Assembly (NCBI GenBank): GCA_902790965.1
Contig: CADAUB010000001.1
Span: 1 to 44,345, forward strand
Origin: an uncultured Eubacteriales bacterium
GTDB taxonomy: Bacteria; Bacillota; Clostridia; Peptostreptococcales; Anaerovoracaceae
Length of the DNA: 44,345 nt
Reading direction: 5' to 3'
Shown here: piece after piece, positions 43,451 to 44,345 of the stretch
Layout: every line of letters begins with the position of its first letter
How positions within the stretch are numbered: position 1 is the stretch's first letter
Notes under the pieces: generated by a model
What the model saw: the letters and a program-made list of their open reading frames with translations, nothing else
Told to the model about the DNA's origin: nothing
Database searches by the model: none
Translations under genes and position numbers: made by a program

Positions 43451-44345
43451 GGTTCTTGAAGGCTGTAGACATCATCAGTTTGATCCTGTTGAGCTGGTTG
43501 ACCGTAGAAGCTCCCGGATCGTAGTCGATCGCGACTATGTTCGCTTTGTCGTCATATTGCCTTAAAGCCTTGAGCATTCCCTTACCGGCTACGTGATTAG
43601 GCAGGCAAGCGAACGGCTGCAGGCAGAGTATGTTCTTGACTCCGCTGTCGATAAGGTCGACCATCTCGCCCGTGAGAAGCCAGCCCTCTCCACATTGATT
43701 GCCGATGGAGATGAATTTCTCAGCATTGGCAGCTGTCTCTTCGATATGCGCGTCAGGCACGAAGCGCTTGCTCTTACGGCAGGCTTCTCTCGAGTATTTC
43801 CTGTATGACTCGATAAAGCTGAGCAGCATCTTGTTTATTGCCATATCCTTCCATGTTCCGGAAAGATTGTTGTAATTGAATACCTTGTTGATGAAGCCGT
43901 ATTCGAAGAAGTCTATGAACGACGGAACTACTGCTTCGCCGCCCTCAGCCTCTATAGTCTCTACGAGGTTGTTGTTGGCGTTAGGGTGATACTTGACAAG
44001 TATCTCACCTACTATGCCGACCTTAGGCTTCACCATGTCCTCGTGGATCGGGATGCTGTCGAAATCCTTTACTATAAGCTCAAGGTTCTTCTTGAAATCT
44101 TTCTTTCTGAGATCCATGCAGTTTTTGACGATCTTGTCGAACCACGAATTCATGACCGACTCCGCCGAACCTTTCTCGATCTCATAAGGCCTTATCCTGT
44201 ACAGGCATTTCATCATGAGGTCTCCGTAAAGAGCTCCGTATACCAGCGACAGAGCGAGCCTTGGCGTTATGGAGAATCCAGGGTTTCTCTCTAAACCTAC
44301 CATGTTGAACGATATGACAGGTATCTGTTCCATGCCGAGATCCTT
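43437..44345 (-). CDS. C-terminal part of a 2-hydroxyacyl-CoA dehydratase / acyl-CoA dehydratase-activase-related protein (truncated by the window edge)
   Basis: The frame is open to the window end. The first M in the track (44333) is probably internal. The motif CGEGWLLTGEMV...LCLQPFACLPNHVAGKG resembles the C-terminal domain of large BadF/BcrA-type activase-related proteins. Assignment is from memory of the family only. Confidence 0.5.
   Translation of the reverse strand, partial: KDLGMEQIPVISFNMVGLERNPGFSITPRLALSLVYGALYGDLMMKCLYRIRPYEIEKGSAESVMNSWFDKIVKNCMDLRKKDFKKNLELIVKDFDSIPIHEDMVKPKVGIVGEILVKYHPNANNNLVETIEAEGGEAVVPSFIDFFEYGFINKVFNYNNLSGTWKDMAINKMLLSFIESYRKYSREACRKSKRFVPDAHIEETAANAEKFISIGNQCGEGWLLTGEMVDLIDSGVKNILCLQPFACLPNHVAGKGMLKALRQYDDKANIVAIDYDPGASTVNQLNRIKLMMSTAFKNLEDE

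Noticed and set aside
1-44345. Whole-window check for CRISPR repeats, transposase or IS ends, toxin-antitoxin pairs, restriction-modification or other defence genes, and inteins or introns in the large genes.
   Set aside because: None was seen. Every ORF of substantial size has a housekeeping assignment. Gene lengths match family norms apart from the charged tails noted. No repeated spacer-repeat structure is visible.

Overview
This window looks like ordinary, densely packed core chromosome from a Firmicute, probably a Clostridia/Lachnospiraceae-type genome judging by gene order. I found no undescribed system. All 38 protein-coding genes I can support, and both tRNA genes, lie on the minus strand. 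Product names come from motifs read in the supplied translations and from Bacillus/Clostridium synteny; no database search was possible.

Gene content, read right to left (the direction of transcription):
- C-terminal part of a dehydratase-activase-related protein, then yebC.
- polA and coaE.
- Two tRNA-Leu genes, then yajC.
- A 26-gene stretch from secDF to an aminotransferase: secDF-relA-MBL hydrolase-hemZ-hisS-aspS-nadD-yqeK-rsfS-leuS-rnj-YlbF/YheA-like-efp-mltG-trmR-U32 peptidase-CNNM/CorC-Asp23-nusB-TsaD-like-xseA-xseB-ispA-dxs-tlyA-aminotransferase. No intergenic gap here exceeds 33 nt.
- mutS-mutL-miaA-tyrosine recombinase-YnbB-like-DedA/TVP38.
- A stand-alone small LysM membrane protein.

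I see no CRISPR array, prophage, transposon, defence island or composition break. The leads are modest:
- An SOS-type module: three LexA boxes in front of a YneA-like gene.
- A tyrosine recombinase translationally embedded in the mismatch-repair/miaA operon, where hfq usually sits.
- A divergent TsaD/Kae1 paralogue where folD sits in Bacillus.
- leuS and hisS-aspS with no room for T-box leaders.
- An unexplained 242-nt structured spacer before polA.
- Lys-rich tails on RNase J, YajC and SecDF.

Several longest-ORF starts in the supplied track were trimmed to starts that make NTGA-type overlaps or have a better Shine-Dalgarno (SD) sequence.
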